From the NCBI RefSeq assembly GCF_006345805.1, contig NC_042997.1, forward strand, positions 66,650,001-66,714,000: a stretch of DNA of 64,000 nucleotides, in the 5' to 3' direction. This document shows, one piece after another, positions 1-12,409 of this stretch (its first letter is position 1; each line of letters starts with the position of its first letter). Under the pieces are notes generated by a model, which made no database searches, was not told the origin of the DNA, and saw only the letters and a program-made list of their open reading frames with translations. The position numbers and the translations under genes were made by a program. This DNA is from Octopus sinensis (lineage: Eukaryota).

Positions 1-2460
1 GAATTAGTCCTCTGCCACCATTCTTTCTTTTCATATAGTCTGTTTACGTTTGCTTTAGTGTGTAGGACCCAATGCAGCATCATCAACTTTCTCATCCTGC
101 TATCCAGTCTTGATATTTCCTCCTTAGTCCATTTGAGGATGGACGCACTGTATCTGACCACCGCAACTGCCCAAATATTCATTGCAGTAATCAATTTTTT
201 TGCATTCAGGTTGGATTTCAACACCATCTTCACCCTTTTTTGATATGCCTTGCTGACCTTGACTTTCATTTTTCTGTGTAGAATGTCATCCAACTCCAAA
301 ATCCCTAAATATCTATACCCACTACCATCAGGTTCATCCATGGTCTATCCTGATGATAACCGCAATCCTCTGCAGGCTGCTTTCTTCTCTCATTTCATAT
401 TAAGTACTGAGCATTTGGTAATCCCAAATTCCATACCAATGTCCCTACCACACTTCTGGACTGTTTTGGTTAAGGAATCTATCTGTTTTTCAGATTTCCC
501 AAACAATTTCAGGTCACCCATAAACAGAAGATGGTTCATGATGGGCCTTTCTTCCCACATCGGTAACGAATCTTAACTTTCCCAAGTGTCATTGTTATGG
601 GTATTAGTGAAATTACAAATAGTAACGGAGAAAACGAGTCACCTTGGAAGATACCCCTTTTAATATTAACTTCTCCAAGGAATACATTACTTGAGTACAA
701 TTTGGTTTTCCACTCTTTCATGCTATATATCAGAAAATTTGTGATGTTGTCAGCAACATCAAACATCTGCAGGCATTCAACGATCCAAGAAAGAGGCATC
801 ATATCATATGCCTTCTTAAAGTCAATCCAAGCCATGTTTGTATGATGTTTTTTATAATGCTTCAAAACTGTTTTATCAATGACCAGGTGATCCTTGGTAC
901 CCCGAGAACTCTTCCTACATCCTTCTAGTACTCTTGGTAGTATTTCTTCCTGCGCCAGGAAAGTGTATGTCTTTGCCACACATATTCCAGTGAGTATCTT
1001 CCAGATTATGTTTAGCATGCTATGGAACAGTACTTTCCCACAGTATTTCCCTTTCTTCTGTCTTTCATTACAAGTGGTGTCCTCCCAGTCACCATACACA
1101 CAGGGACTGTACCTTCCTGGACACACTCATTCAATTGGGCTGCTAGTCTTTCATGCACCGCATGGCATCTCTTCAGCTAGAAGCCATGTATCCCGACTGG
1201 TCTGGGTGCTTTCCAATTAGGCACTTTACCCACTTGTTTCACATCACCCGTGCTTATGACAATATTCCTTTGTTTCTTTCCTTTTATGCACCACATTGTT
1301 TCCCCATAATCTGCTCCAGAACTCCTTGGCTTGAGTTACATCAGGAGTAACATTTTCCCCATTGTCTCCTAATGTTTGGAATAATTGCTTTGGATTATTT
1401 TTGAACAATCTGTTCTCAAACTGCTTCTTTCTGTTCACAAACTTTCTGATCTTCTGGCTTTTTGCCATGATCCTCTGTTTTAACTACTTTATTACTGCAT
1501 CAAACCCGTTCTTCCGTATTTTATATTTCTTCTCTAATTTTTCTCAGTTTGTCTTTTTCCTATTATTCCAGTTTCCTCTTAACCATTGCTCAATCTGTCC
1601 TAGATCTTGCCTTGCCTGCATTATGTCCTTTTCAATGTGTCGTTTCCTCCACGGTTCTTTTGCTCCACCATTTTTTGTTTTCAGATGTAATTTCTCCTCA
1701 ACAAGTAGTGCAATAGCTCGGACAAGATTCCTTGTTTGTGCTATGTCCTCCATCTGGATGTATGGTATGACAGTATTTATCTTTTGTGTTACTTTATTTA
1801 TGATACTCTTATTTACACTTCTCATATTCATAGGGATTTTTTCTTCTGGAGCATTCATCAAGTCGGTGAGTCATCCGTCTTTGAATTTCAAGCAATTCAA
1901 TATCTAGTTGGTTCTTTTCCCCTGCATGTCGACCAACCACAGTATCAGGGTTCACTGTAATAACATTCCTATTCCTCATCCTTAACAGCCCCATCACCAT
2001 TTCCCTGTTCCTCCAGTCTATTCTTCTCCTTGCTTTCAACTCCGACCATCCTTTGTAGCCCATCTGCAGGGTCTCTCAGACTCTCACTAATCCAAGATAT
2101 TTGTACTCCACTTAAGTAACCCTTCCTCCTAATCACTCATTTGGTTCATTAGTTTATTTTCTGACACTGGACACATGTCCTTTTCCATCCAAAATTTCAA
2201 GGTACATTGGCCTACTCCATGACTTCTTTCCAGCTTTCAATAAATGTATCATACTCTTCCTTTGTCCTCTTATGTTTGTTTTTCTGCACACCGTGTATGT
2301 GATCTGCCCTTGATGTGGGTGGTGTTGGACATGCAATTTGGGAAACCTTCACCATGATCAGCTATAGCTTCATTCATGCCGTTAATTCTTTCCTTGTTGT
2401 GTTGCTTCATGATTTCATGAGTCATTCGAGGGGTTCCCGCGAGAGTTGTTATCTCTCTCT
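1..2460 (-). mobile_element. R4/Dong-clade non-LTR retrotransposon, frameshifted, running off the window start
   Basis: Collinear minus-strand ORF pieces: EPWRKRHIEKDI (1544-1861), QFENRLFKNNPKQLF...KEFWSRLW (1244-1468), RT motifs AWIDFKKAYD and RGIFQGDSFSPLLF (536-1126), and the post-RT motif ANVNRLY..K.NGGRGL at 1-60. These match the Dong/R4 ORF layout. Confidence 0.85.
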
Positions 2461-2619
2461 TCCTCTCTTTATTTGTATACACACGTGCACATATATGTAC
2501 ATACACATATATGTACATACACATATATATAAATAACATGCTTGAGGTGTGTTGCCTCCATAACCAAAGTGATTAGCATTACCAACATCATTCTACCTAT
2601 AGCATTTAAAAATATCAAT

Positions 2620-2775
2620 AATAATATAGGTCCCGGTATATTGCAGCAGATCTTCGTCACTATTTATTAAATACTTGGCAAGCGTTCTCCTTTCACTCCT
2701 TCTACAATGGTCTATACTAATCAGTCATCTGCCACCATTCTTTCTTTTCATATGCAGTCTGTTTACGTTTGCAGT
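2620..2775 (-). mobile_element. Second short fragment of the same R4/Dong family (post-RT region)
   Basis: 2728-2773 is nearly identical to 11-52; translates ANVNRLHMKRK.NGGR*LISIDHCRRSERRTLAKYL. Confidence 0.7.
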
Positions 2776-3139
2776 TAACACTTATTATTACTATTATCAC
2801 CACCATTACTACTACTACTACTACTACTATTTCCATTTCTTATTAAAAGCTATTATTAAATGTTGTTTAGTTTCAACTTTTGCCTTGTACATGAGATAAT
2901 CATTAATATTTGAGTGTTGAAGGGAATAGTAGGAGGAAGAGTAGCAGTTTGGTCAATAGACCAAATGCTACAGGTCTGTAAATAGATTCCACAGATGGTG
3001 AGGAAGTTAATGGACATTCCTCTCTGATAAAGAGACAAAAGAAGCCTCACACCTTTTGGGTCAGCAGAGGTCAAATCTGTTTACTACTACCAGTGATCAA
3101 TGAGAGCGCTGACCTTGGCCTTGAAAAGAAGCAATTCAC

Positions 3140-3505
3140 CTTGTTCTATTATCATGGAGCTGAATTGGGCCACGCTGATTCACCAATGCAGTAATGTTCT
3201 GATTAGCTTCCAGAAAGCTGTAATGGACAGCACCAATTGCACCCCATAATCACCATAATCTTTTATGCAACTTTAGCTTTGGGAAATGTCTGGAGGACTC
3301 ATCACAATCAAACCATTGACCTGATCATTTGCAGTTATCATAAAGGATCCACTTTTCGTCACAAGTAACTATTCAATCAAGAAAAGGATCATTGGTGTTT
3401 AAAACACTGAATGTTTTGATTTTCGATGAGCTTATTGTATGACACCAAGTGCATGAGACATTTCTCTGATGTGGGTTTTGTTCAACAATTGTTCATTGTA
3501 AAGAC
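3140..3505 (-). mobile_element. Mariner transposase relic, internally deleted
   Basis: Reverse strand reads NDPFLD*IVTCDEKWILYDN...HFPKLKLH...VHYSFL...LHDN, i.e. the first two catalytic-Asp motifs of mariner. Confidence 0.8.
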
Positions 3506-3533
3506 TGCATTTTAATATACTCTCTAGCCTTAA

Positions 3534-4145
3534 TCCTGGGGAAATTTCAAACCTGGGTATTTTTCAATGTTGTTGTTATTATTATTATTATTCAGGTCAC
3601 TGAATTGAACTTGGAATCTTGGGGTTAGTAGCCTACGCTCTTAACCACTACGCCATATTCCCATGGGCAATTACGGAGTGAATTTTAGTGCTTATAAATC
3701 TAATATTTTCCTATCCTTCTTTAATACCAGTTCCCATATGCTACTCATATCTGCACTCAGTCTGTTTAGGAGGTTATTATGTCCGAGCATATGTGCTGCT
3801 TCTTTTAGTTTTTGTATTTTCCAGTGGTGTTCCTTGTCTATTATTTTAACTTCAACCCACAGGGGGAGGTGGTATCCATTTTCTCTTACATGATCAGCTA
3901 TACCCGATTTATCAATATCTCCTCGTGTCACAGCATTGCGATGTCCCTCATTTTGAAGGGGTGGCATGTTTCACCTTTGTATAACCTACCACAGCTGCAT
4001 GGGATGGAGTACATACTGCCTTTGGTCATATTCTCTTCTATTGGTGGTTTTACTTGAAGGAGATATATGTGAAGTGTTGTATTAGTCTTGAATACTGTCC
4101 TGATGTAATATAGGCTACATATCTTTTGTATCTTTTTGGAGAGGT
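3534..4145 (-). mobile_element. Penelope-like element 3' part (GIY-YIG endonuclease), degraded
   Basis: KGSMYSIPCSCGRLYKGETCHPFK..R then EGHRNAVTRGDIDKSGIADHV...KIIDKEHHWKIQKLKEAAHM (ORFs 3928-4326 and 3692-3967): PLE-type GIY-YIG with CxC and EH/H motifs. Confidence 0.85.
3596..3660 (-). promoter_or_regulatory. tRNA-derived segment with Pol III A and B boxes, just downstream of the PLE ORF
   Basis: Minus strand TGGCGTAGTGGTTAAGAGCG (A box), CTACTAA loop, CAAGTTCAATTC (B-box-like). No complete acceptor stem, so not a tRNA gene. Confidence 0.65.
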
Positions 4146-4318
4146 CCACTGTGTGACAGCTTGGGCAACTGTCTTGCACTATGGCTCCAGACCAACCTGA
4201 GCCTTGTGAGAGGACTCCAACAGTGAATCTTAAAACATGAAGCTTTGTACTATATATATTAACCTTGATAGCAGTTGATTTATTCCCATCCTTCTTAAAG
4301 TACCCTTCATTTGTTCCC
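4146..4318 (+). repeat. Diverged direct duplicate of 5362-5530 (partial SINE head plus non-SINE sequence)
   Basis: Both copies share the same chimeric junction ...GCCTTGTGAG(A/T)GGACTCCAACAGTGAATCTTAAAACATGA...CCCTTCATTTGTTCCC. Confidence 0.85.
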
Positions 4319-4415
4319 CAAGACACCTGATGAAGGCTGGATAATATATCAGCTGAAACATTGTGTTAACAACAAACAAGATGAGGACAAATATCCATCA
4401 AATGTAAATAACGTA
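4314..4415 (+). ncRNA. PLE pLTR fragment with a degenerate minimal type-I hammerhead ribozyme (4322-4367)
   Basis: GACAC-CTGATGA-A-GGCTG-loop-CAGCT-GAAA-CAT-T-GTGTT; stem I GACAC/GTGTT, stem II GGCTG/CAGCT. Confidence 0.6.
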
Positions 4416-5202
4416 CTTTTTTGTCATGTTCATATTTAAGGGCACCTATGCTTCAAGAAAATTATTAAAGAGCATACATCAATTATTAAGTATGTTGAAA
4501 TTCACCTATGATATAATTAAAATACTATGATAAAATTGTGTTTCAAAACACAACACTTAGAGCGGCCATTATTTACGGAACAACCTAATACCAGTGAGAC
4601 ACTGGGATCAATGTGATCAACTAGGCCCATCCCCAAAAATTTCAGGCCTTGTGCCTTTCGCAGAAAGGATTATTATTACTATTATTAAGGTAGTCAGCTG
4701 GCAGAATTGTTAGTATTCCAGACAAAACACTTATCAGCATTCTGAATTCAAATTCTGATGAAGTCAACTTTATCTTTTATCCTTTGGGGATCAATAAAAT
4801 ATGTACCAGTTGATATAATTGACTAGTTTGCTCCAACAATATTTCAGGCCTTGTGTCAATAGTAGAAAGGATTATTATTGTTGTTGTTATTGTTGGTCAA
4901 TATTTTATTTCAGATATATCATTTTATATCCAGTGATAGAAATGGGTTTTTGAAACTAATGATAGGCTTAGGTCTGTGAGGCTGAGGTTTGGAAATACTA
5001 TAAGTCTCCTCCCTTTCTCACCCCTAGTGAGCTGAAAAAGTAGGAAATGTTGTCTCTTATGTACTCTTGCACTTCCATCACTGTTTCTATCCAAACATTT
5101 CTCTCTAATATTCCAAACTTATGAAATATTCAGTGATGAAATATTTTGTTAATGTCAACAACCCCTATTTTCTAAATATTTGTTTATAAATTATTTGTAC
5201 AT

Positions 5203-5261
<59 letters not shown>

Positions 5262-7298
5262 ATATATACATACATACACATATATAATATACATACATAG
5301 ACACAGCCATGGCTGTGTAGAAAGAAGTTTGCTCCCCAACAACATGGTTCTGGGTTCAGTCCCACTGTGTGATGTCTTGGGCAACTGTCTTGTACTATGG
5401 CTCCAGACCAACCAAAGCCTTGTGAGTGGACTCCAACAGTGAATCTTAAAACATGAGTCTTCCTACTGTAGGAAGGCTTGATAGCAGTTGATTTATTCCC
5501 ATCCTTCTTAAGTACCCTTCATTTGTTCCCTTAATTACCATCAACTTCAATCCCACTACTGTTCCCTATGCTTACACTTCCAGTCCTTTTATAATTATCT
5601 TTCTTAAAAATAAAAAAAAAATAATAATTGCTTCTCAGTCTTATGTTATTTTCTTCAGATTTACATTTCATAGAGCAGATCATACTCTAGCTTGTGTTGG
5701 GATAGAATCTTCAGTGCTTATATTTCATGATACACTGCACTGCACAAATTATACACTCTCCACTGAGCAAGATTTTTTTAATGGAAATAAAAAATGTTTT
5801 TTGTTATAAACTAAAATAAAAATATTGGTTTCTATTTTTGGCACAAGGCCAGCAATTTTGAGGGAGAGAACAAGTCAATTACATCATCCTCAGAAATCAA
5901 CTGGTACTTATTTTATCAAACCTGAAAGGATAAAAGGAAAAGTCAACCTTGGCAGAATTTGAACTCAGAATGTTAAGATGAATGAAATACCACTAAGCCT
6001 TTTGCCCAACATGCTAATGATTCTGCCAGCTCACTACCCTAACTAAAGTAGAAATAGTAACCAGTGACTGGGCTATTCATAACCCCAATAATAGCACCAA
6101 TGAACAGCTTATATACCAAACTACTCAATACTGCTTGTGAAGAGTCAACAAAGGAGACTCTACAGAGTTTTTTATCTACTAAAAATTGTAGCCATTTCAT
6201 TCCTTACTATCTTACAAAATGGAAATGATGAACACTCATCAAAGATGACATACCAGTGTTCAGCCTTTTCCAAGTGACCTGCACAAATGGTTTGTTTCTA
6301 GTGATCAAATGTATGTGCCTTACATTAGTTCACTCCCTCCATAAAATCGATGTTGCCTGAACAGTTGCACGGTGTACCACACATCAGGTGTTAAAGTAAC
6401 TGCAGAGCAATGTGAGATGGAGTGTTTTGCTCAAGAACACAACTCACCACTCAGTCTAGGAACTGAAATCCTAACCACTTGGCCATGTTTCCTTTCAAAT
6501 GGAAGCACACACTAGATAATGAATAGAAACATATATCAGAAAAGATAAAAAGGAAAAAATAATTATTACAGTTGGAAAGCTTTTAATCATAGAACTGCAT
6601 AATCAAAGCTATCCTGAATAATAGCAATAACATACTGAGTATGACTGTATATTAACAAACTACTCGAGACTACTTTACAGAATATGCTTTTAAATTAAAA
6701 ATATATTCTATAATTAAATATATCTTCAGCCAAAAATTTTATCAGAGTTTTCAGTAAGAACTTGTTCTGTTCCAGATGTTACTATATTACACTAGTAAAC
6801 AAGGATTTGGTATACATTCACTAAGTGCTTCCAAAATCTTGATTATTTTGGAAATTGACTGAAATAAACAGGCAATGTGTCTGTTTCTATGAATATGGTT
6901 TGCAAAAGGTTAAATAAGTCAGAAATATACAGAGTTTAACACGTTGGCAGTTCACTGTTGCTTGAGATAAGGAAACATCTTGAGCAGCAAATTAAGGAGG
7001 AATTTACTGGGCAGTCAACTGAACTATAAGAAATAGCAACTAAATATCCATCAAATGCACAGTCATCACCTTAAAAAGGAAGGGCATATTAAATAATGCC
7101 ATCAATGGCATATTATGCCTGAAAAATAAGCTGGACATAGTGAAATCTAGGATCTGTCGCCAAATCTAGAATCTGTTAGGGTTATCTTTTTAAGATAATA
7201 GATAAACTACACATACATATATATGTGTGTGTGTGTGTGTGAATGTGTCTGTGCGTGAATGTATGTGCATATGTATATGTATGTATATATATATACAT

Positions 7299-7683
7299 CT
7301 TTTATCTTTTACTAGTTTCAGTTATTGGACTGCATCCACACTGAGGAACCACCTTGAAGGTTTAGTTAAACAAATCAACCCCAGTACCTATTTTTTAAAG
7401 CCTTGTATTTATTTTATCAGTGTCTTTTTGCTGAACTGCTATGTTACAGGGATGTAAACAAACCAACATCAGTTGTCAGGTAGTTGCAAAGGACAAATAC
7501 AAATGCAAAGACACACACACACACACACACATACATGGCAGGCTGCTTTCAGTTTCTGACTACCAATCTACTCACAAGGCTTTACCTCAGGGCTATAGTA
7601 GAAGACACTTGTCTGAGGTGCCATGCAGTGGGACTAAACCAGAAACCATGTAAAGCAAACTTCTTACCACACAGCCATGCTTG
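7299..7683 (-). mobile_element. tRNA-derived SINE, family A, near full length
   Basis: Head GGCTGTGTGGTAAGAAG...GGTTCAGTCCCACTGC, internal (GT)n, tail CTGAAAC(A/T)AGTAAAAG. Many other copies in the window (5309, 16601, 18035, 45555, 45850, 51700, 57070, 63440). Confidence 0.8.
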
Positions 7684-7719
7684 TGTGTATATATATGTAT
7701 ATCTAGCAACTAGAAGAAC

Positions 7720-7769
<50 letters not shown>

Positions 7770-9749
7770 AAAAGAAAAATAATATAAATGAGATATATGT
7801 ATGAGAGTGAGAGAGATGATCCTTTCTGTTGGTCTCACATTGGTGCATATATACTAATATTTATTCCATTCAGCTATTTTTTACCCACAGCTGGATGAAA
7901 GCCTCAGCATGTCATTGTCAGCATATATAACATGTCCATGCAGGCCAATTGCAGGATGAGTGGAGTGTTTCTATGACTAGATGATATGCCAGAGCCATCA
8001 GCACCTAGGTGGAATTTGAACTCAGAAGGCAATGAGCTAGAACGGATACTCCAAGACATTTCAACTAACTCAGTAATAATTCTACCTGTACACCACTCCG
8101 GACTGGTATTTTATTTACTGATCCTGAAAGAATGAAAAACAATGTTGACCTAAGCAGAACTTGAACTTCCAACAGAGAGCCAGAATAAATGTCAACACCC
8201 TACTCTAACAACTGCCAATTCACAGCCTTAACGCAAATGTTATTTACATTAAGATCTTCACAGTTAATTCAAGCACTCTGCAACAGTTGTTGCTAACTTG
8301 TTTGTTGTTGCAAATGTAGTATTCAACAACAGCAGTTTGCAATGATAATGCAATGTTAGAAAAGCATTTGTTGCTGACTAATCATGCAGTATTCATGCTG
8401 ATAGCTAAATATACAGTGCTAGACAATAAATGGTTGCTAACTAGCTAAGCAATGTAACAATAGAATTCTTGCTAACTTGAATATGTAGTGTGACGTTATA
8501 GTCATTGCAAACCAATTTGTGTGCAGATATAGAGTAGCTGATGCTCACTAATTACAAAGCAAATAGATCGATTGTAGCTAATTACTCAGAATAGCAGAAC
8601 AACTGATGGCATCCATATATGGTAGACAAATGCAGCTCTTATTGTGAAAATGTCTTTCCTCACAGATGCCATGCATCATGCACAAATAACTGGATCGACT
8701 TATCCTCATTATTACCGCATGTGGTCCCATTAATTTATTTGTGGTATAGCTTCTTGCACAATAATTCTCTTCTCAGTGCAGTCCATCTCTGGAAACAATG
8801 TAAACTTGACAATGACCACACCGATCTGAATGTCAGCATTTGCCCAAGAGACAGCTTCTATTCAAACACACACACACAATATATATATATATATATATAA
8901 ACACACACACACACACATACATATACATATACGTATATACATACACACACACAGACATATATCCATCACTTTTTTATTAATCCTCCCCTCTCACCTGTTG
9001 ACATTTATAAATCTCTCTCCCTGCCTCTCTCTTTCTCTCTCTCTCCCTATCTCTTCTTTTATTCTTTTCTGTATCACTCTTTGCCATACTTTTTACAGAA
9101 GTTAAATTCATCCCTCTTGATTATTGATTAAAACTCTTCCAAAGTTAGTTTTAAATTTTATTACTCATCAGAAGATAATCAATAAGATAATGTTTCAGAT
9201 ATTTGTATGACAAGTGGAGGACACAACCTAAAATTATCACAAACTGATAAAAAAAAAATTCCTTGTTCCCAGATAAGTCTTGCAAATCCCATGAATAGAA
9301 AATCTCCAGATATTGTTTTGTTTTTCAAATTTTAGTTATGTTATTACTGACGATGCCAGAAGTACTGATAACTACAGTGATAACCAATTTTGGCACTTGT
9401 TTACCGAGCAGTACTGCATGCATGATTGTACATCATGAAAATCAATTACCATCTTTGTTGTTGAGGTCTCAGTGATAAAGTCAGTATTTTTGCCCTTCAA
9501 ACCTGCTCTACATTCTTTGTAGTTGTCATTATGAGATGTAATAAAATTGTTTGTGTCTGAAAGAACAACGTACATAGAAGTTAGGCAAAACTAGAACAGC
9601 TTTTGCTGAAGGCATGTTAACCAAACACACCGACATTTTAGTCTTCAACCACATATGGCAATCATAACTGGTCAATTGTTTTATCAACTAAATGTACTCA
9701 TGTGATAATGATTAATTTAGCATATGACCTCAACATCCAGGTCTCTGAA

Positions 9750-10085
9750 AATAGAGTCTTGGTCTTAGTCCCTCCTATACAATTGACCTGTATATTGGTC
9801 CACAAGATATCTCCAATAATTCTAGTTTTGAGCTTAAATGCCTGCATCTTTCCAGGTGATGATAAGCTGCTTCAGGCCTTCTTTGAAGGAGGCATACCTT
9901 GTCTTCTTGAGTTTCTCTTTCTTCACCCCTCTGGTGGTACCCATTGTATAGCTAGCTGTTTTGGGTATTTATTCTCCTGGCAACCAGAAAACATGTCCTG
10001 CAAGTCTCCCTCTTGATTCTACGATAATCTCTTGCAGGAGATTGTATTCATCCTCTAAACCATCTTGTCCGTGATTTTCCAAGTT
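9750..10085 (-). mobile_element. RTE-clade LINE 3' relic
   Basis: Reverse strand RGRLAGHVF...KTAIQWVPPEG*RKR... resembles the C-terminus of the RTE ORF. Confidence 0.6.
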
Positions 10086-12340
10086 TCTCATGCAAAAAAC
10101 TGCCTAAACTCAAAGTGCAATTTTAATCAATACGAATAATCAGTTTTGAGATTTATAAAATAATTCACATATAATCAGGTATAAATTAAGTTATCTCCAG
10201 CTCTCGTATATGAAACAACAGCTGAAAATTGGATGTATAAAAGACTTAATCCCTCGGCAGATGCCTCTGCTGGTTACAGAGATCCTTCAACTACATATAG
10301 GTCAATGTAATGCATACAGGGGATGACAATGTAATTTATGTGGTAGAGGATGATTTAACATATACAGTGCAGATCAAAATCATACAAGAAAAGTTCTGTA
10401 ATTATTCAAGATGAAAAATACATTTGTTCTAATGGTGTGAGCAATTATGGAAGTACCATTGACTTTTACAAAGCTCCTAAACTGATGCTGGAGAAGAAAT
10501 AGATTTTCAAGTGCTGCTTTAGTAAGAAGCAGTACATCAAAATATCATATCATTTTCAGACTAGAAAACAATTCTGAATGTTTGCAACAGAGTGGACTAT
10601 ACTAAAAGCACTTCAAAAGGTAATGGACTGGATCTATCACTGAAATCATAGCAAAAAGCTATGAAAGAAATCTTAAACATTACACATCAAGAGTTTCATC
10701 ATAAAATGCATTAAAAATGCACTTAAATCAACAGGTCACATACTTCCCTATAAAATCCAAAATAACTGAAATAAATAAAATAAAATTAGGAGAAAGAGTG
10801 TAGCTAATTTGACTAACCCAATTATTTGAGAGTGTATACTTTCATTATCCCAGAAAAATGAAATACAAAGTCCACCCTGGAGAGATCTGAACTCAAAATG
10901 TAAAGTATTATAATTTGATAATGACAATATGGAGGTTTTTGAATTGGAAGCATACTGGGTGTATAAGTCACTATTCATAGTATTGGGGCAAGATATGAAT
11001 GTCAGAACATATCACTCTTCTCGAACAATATTCAAGGCCTTTCTTTGTGCAAAGAAAACATGTAAATAAAAACATATGCAGCATAGAGACACACATCACC
11101 AACACAAAAGCAATAATAAATCATTCTCAGGTCTAGAAAAAAGAGGTGTGGGAGATGTTAATACCATAAAACTATGTCATTAATAGCAAATTGGTGAGAT
11201 GTTAATCTCAGAGTAAATAATCATCACGCTTTTTATAATACTTTGAGCCTTGTTCTTAAGGATAGCCAAAGGCATTAAAAGGGAGGTAGAAGGAGACATA
11301 GAGAGGATGGGGAATATATATATTTAATTTATAAGAGGAGCAGTATGACTGAATGTTTAAGAAGTTTGCTTCACAACCATGCGGTCCTAGGTTCAATCCG
11401 AGTGCATGGCACCTTGAAGAAATATTTTCTTAAGCCTTGAGTTAGCCCATATGTTGAATGGAATTGGGTACACAGAAACAATATGGAAGCTTGTTAGGTG
11501 GATTGTGTCTGTAATACTATAACACTGAATGTTTGCAACAGAATAGATGATGCTATAAGCATCTCAAAAGCCTTGTCATACACACTGTGCGATGCTGACC
11601 TTGCCTGAGAATTATGTTACGGATACACATTTCAAAGGAATGCTCAGCCTCTTACATGTTTACTCAGGAACAAATCATTCAGTTGATTAAACAACTGAAT
11701 CTTCGCCATTAAATGATACATTTGTGTGTGCATGTGTAATTTGCATAGATCTGCTCTATGAAGATCAGCTTTGAGAAAACAAACCTATGATCAAAAGATA
11801 TTCCAGAAATGACCATCAACTTTATTATGCTTTCTTAGATACTGTTGCATGTACTTCCTATTTTGTCACACATGTCCTTTTCTTTTTTAAGGAAATAAGG
11901 TATGTGTTGAGAGAATTTGGCTGCAGGTTAAGTGACCATGTTGAGACTTGCTCATGTAACAGCTGCACTGAGCATAAAAAGCAAATATTTAAAAGTTTTC
12001 TCATTGCTTCACAGATCACAATCTGGCTGAAAATGTTATTTGAATCAGTAAAACAGTAATTGAGAATACTCGAAACAGATGTATTCCAAGAAAGACTTGG
12101 CATAACATATTTACATCAGGTACTAAAATATGTTCGTTTTAAAATAAAGGAAAAGAGCACTGTAGCAGAATGAAAAGATACACTATTGTAAAGAACTCAT
12201 ACTGTTAATATCTACAGAGATAAATCTGATCATTTCTGTCCTTATTGTCTCATGACAGTGATGTAATCAACCGAACATTTAGTGTAAACCGCTTTGCCTA
12301 ATCATGTGTTAAGGTCATCTCTACAAATTTTCTATAGAAA

Positions 12341-12409
12341 TTATAGCCAGCACTGATTTTGTTATGATGTTTTGTATCCAAGGCATAATAAAATCAGTGC
12401 TGGCTGTAA
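12341..12409. repeat. 26-bp inverted repeat with 17-nt loop (hairpin or mini-MITE)
   Basis: TTATAGCCAGCACTGATTTTGTTATG ... CATAATAAAATCAGTGCTGGCTGTAA; two transition differences between arms. Confidence 0.9.

Noticed and set aside
3596-3660. Functional tRNA gene (also SINE heads at 47833 and 60887)
   Set aside because: No complete cloverleaf or acceptor stem; embedded in repeats.
9440-9556. Minus-strand pseudo-exon DTNNFITSHNDNYKECRAGLKGKNTDFITETSTTKM with plausible splice sites
   Set aside because: No GH35 similarity; phase incompatible with exon 2 (in-frame stop if joined); no partner exons.
10190-10330. Plus-strand exon-like stretch ALVYETTAENWMYKRLN
   Set aside because: Better explained as a decayed RTE segment (LLYG.ETW...RCL..IL); too degenerate to call.
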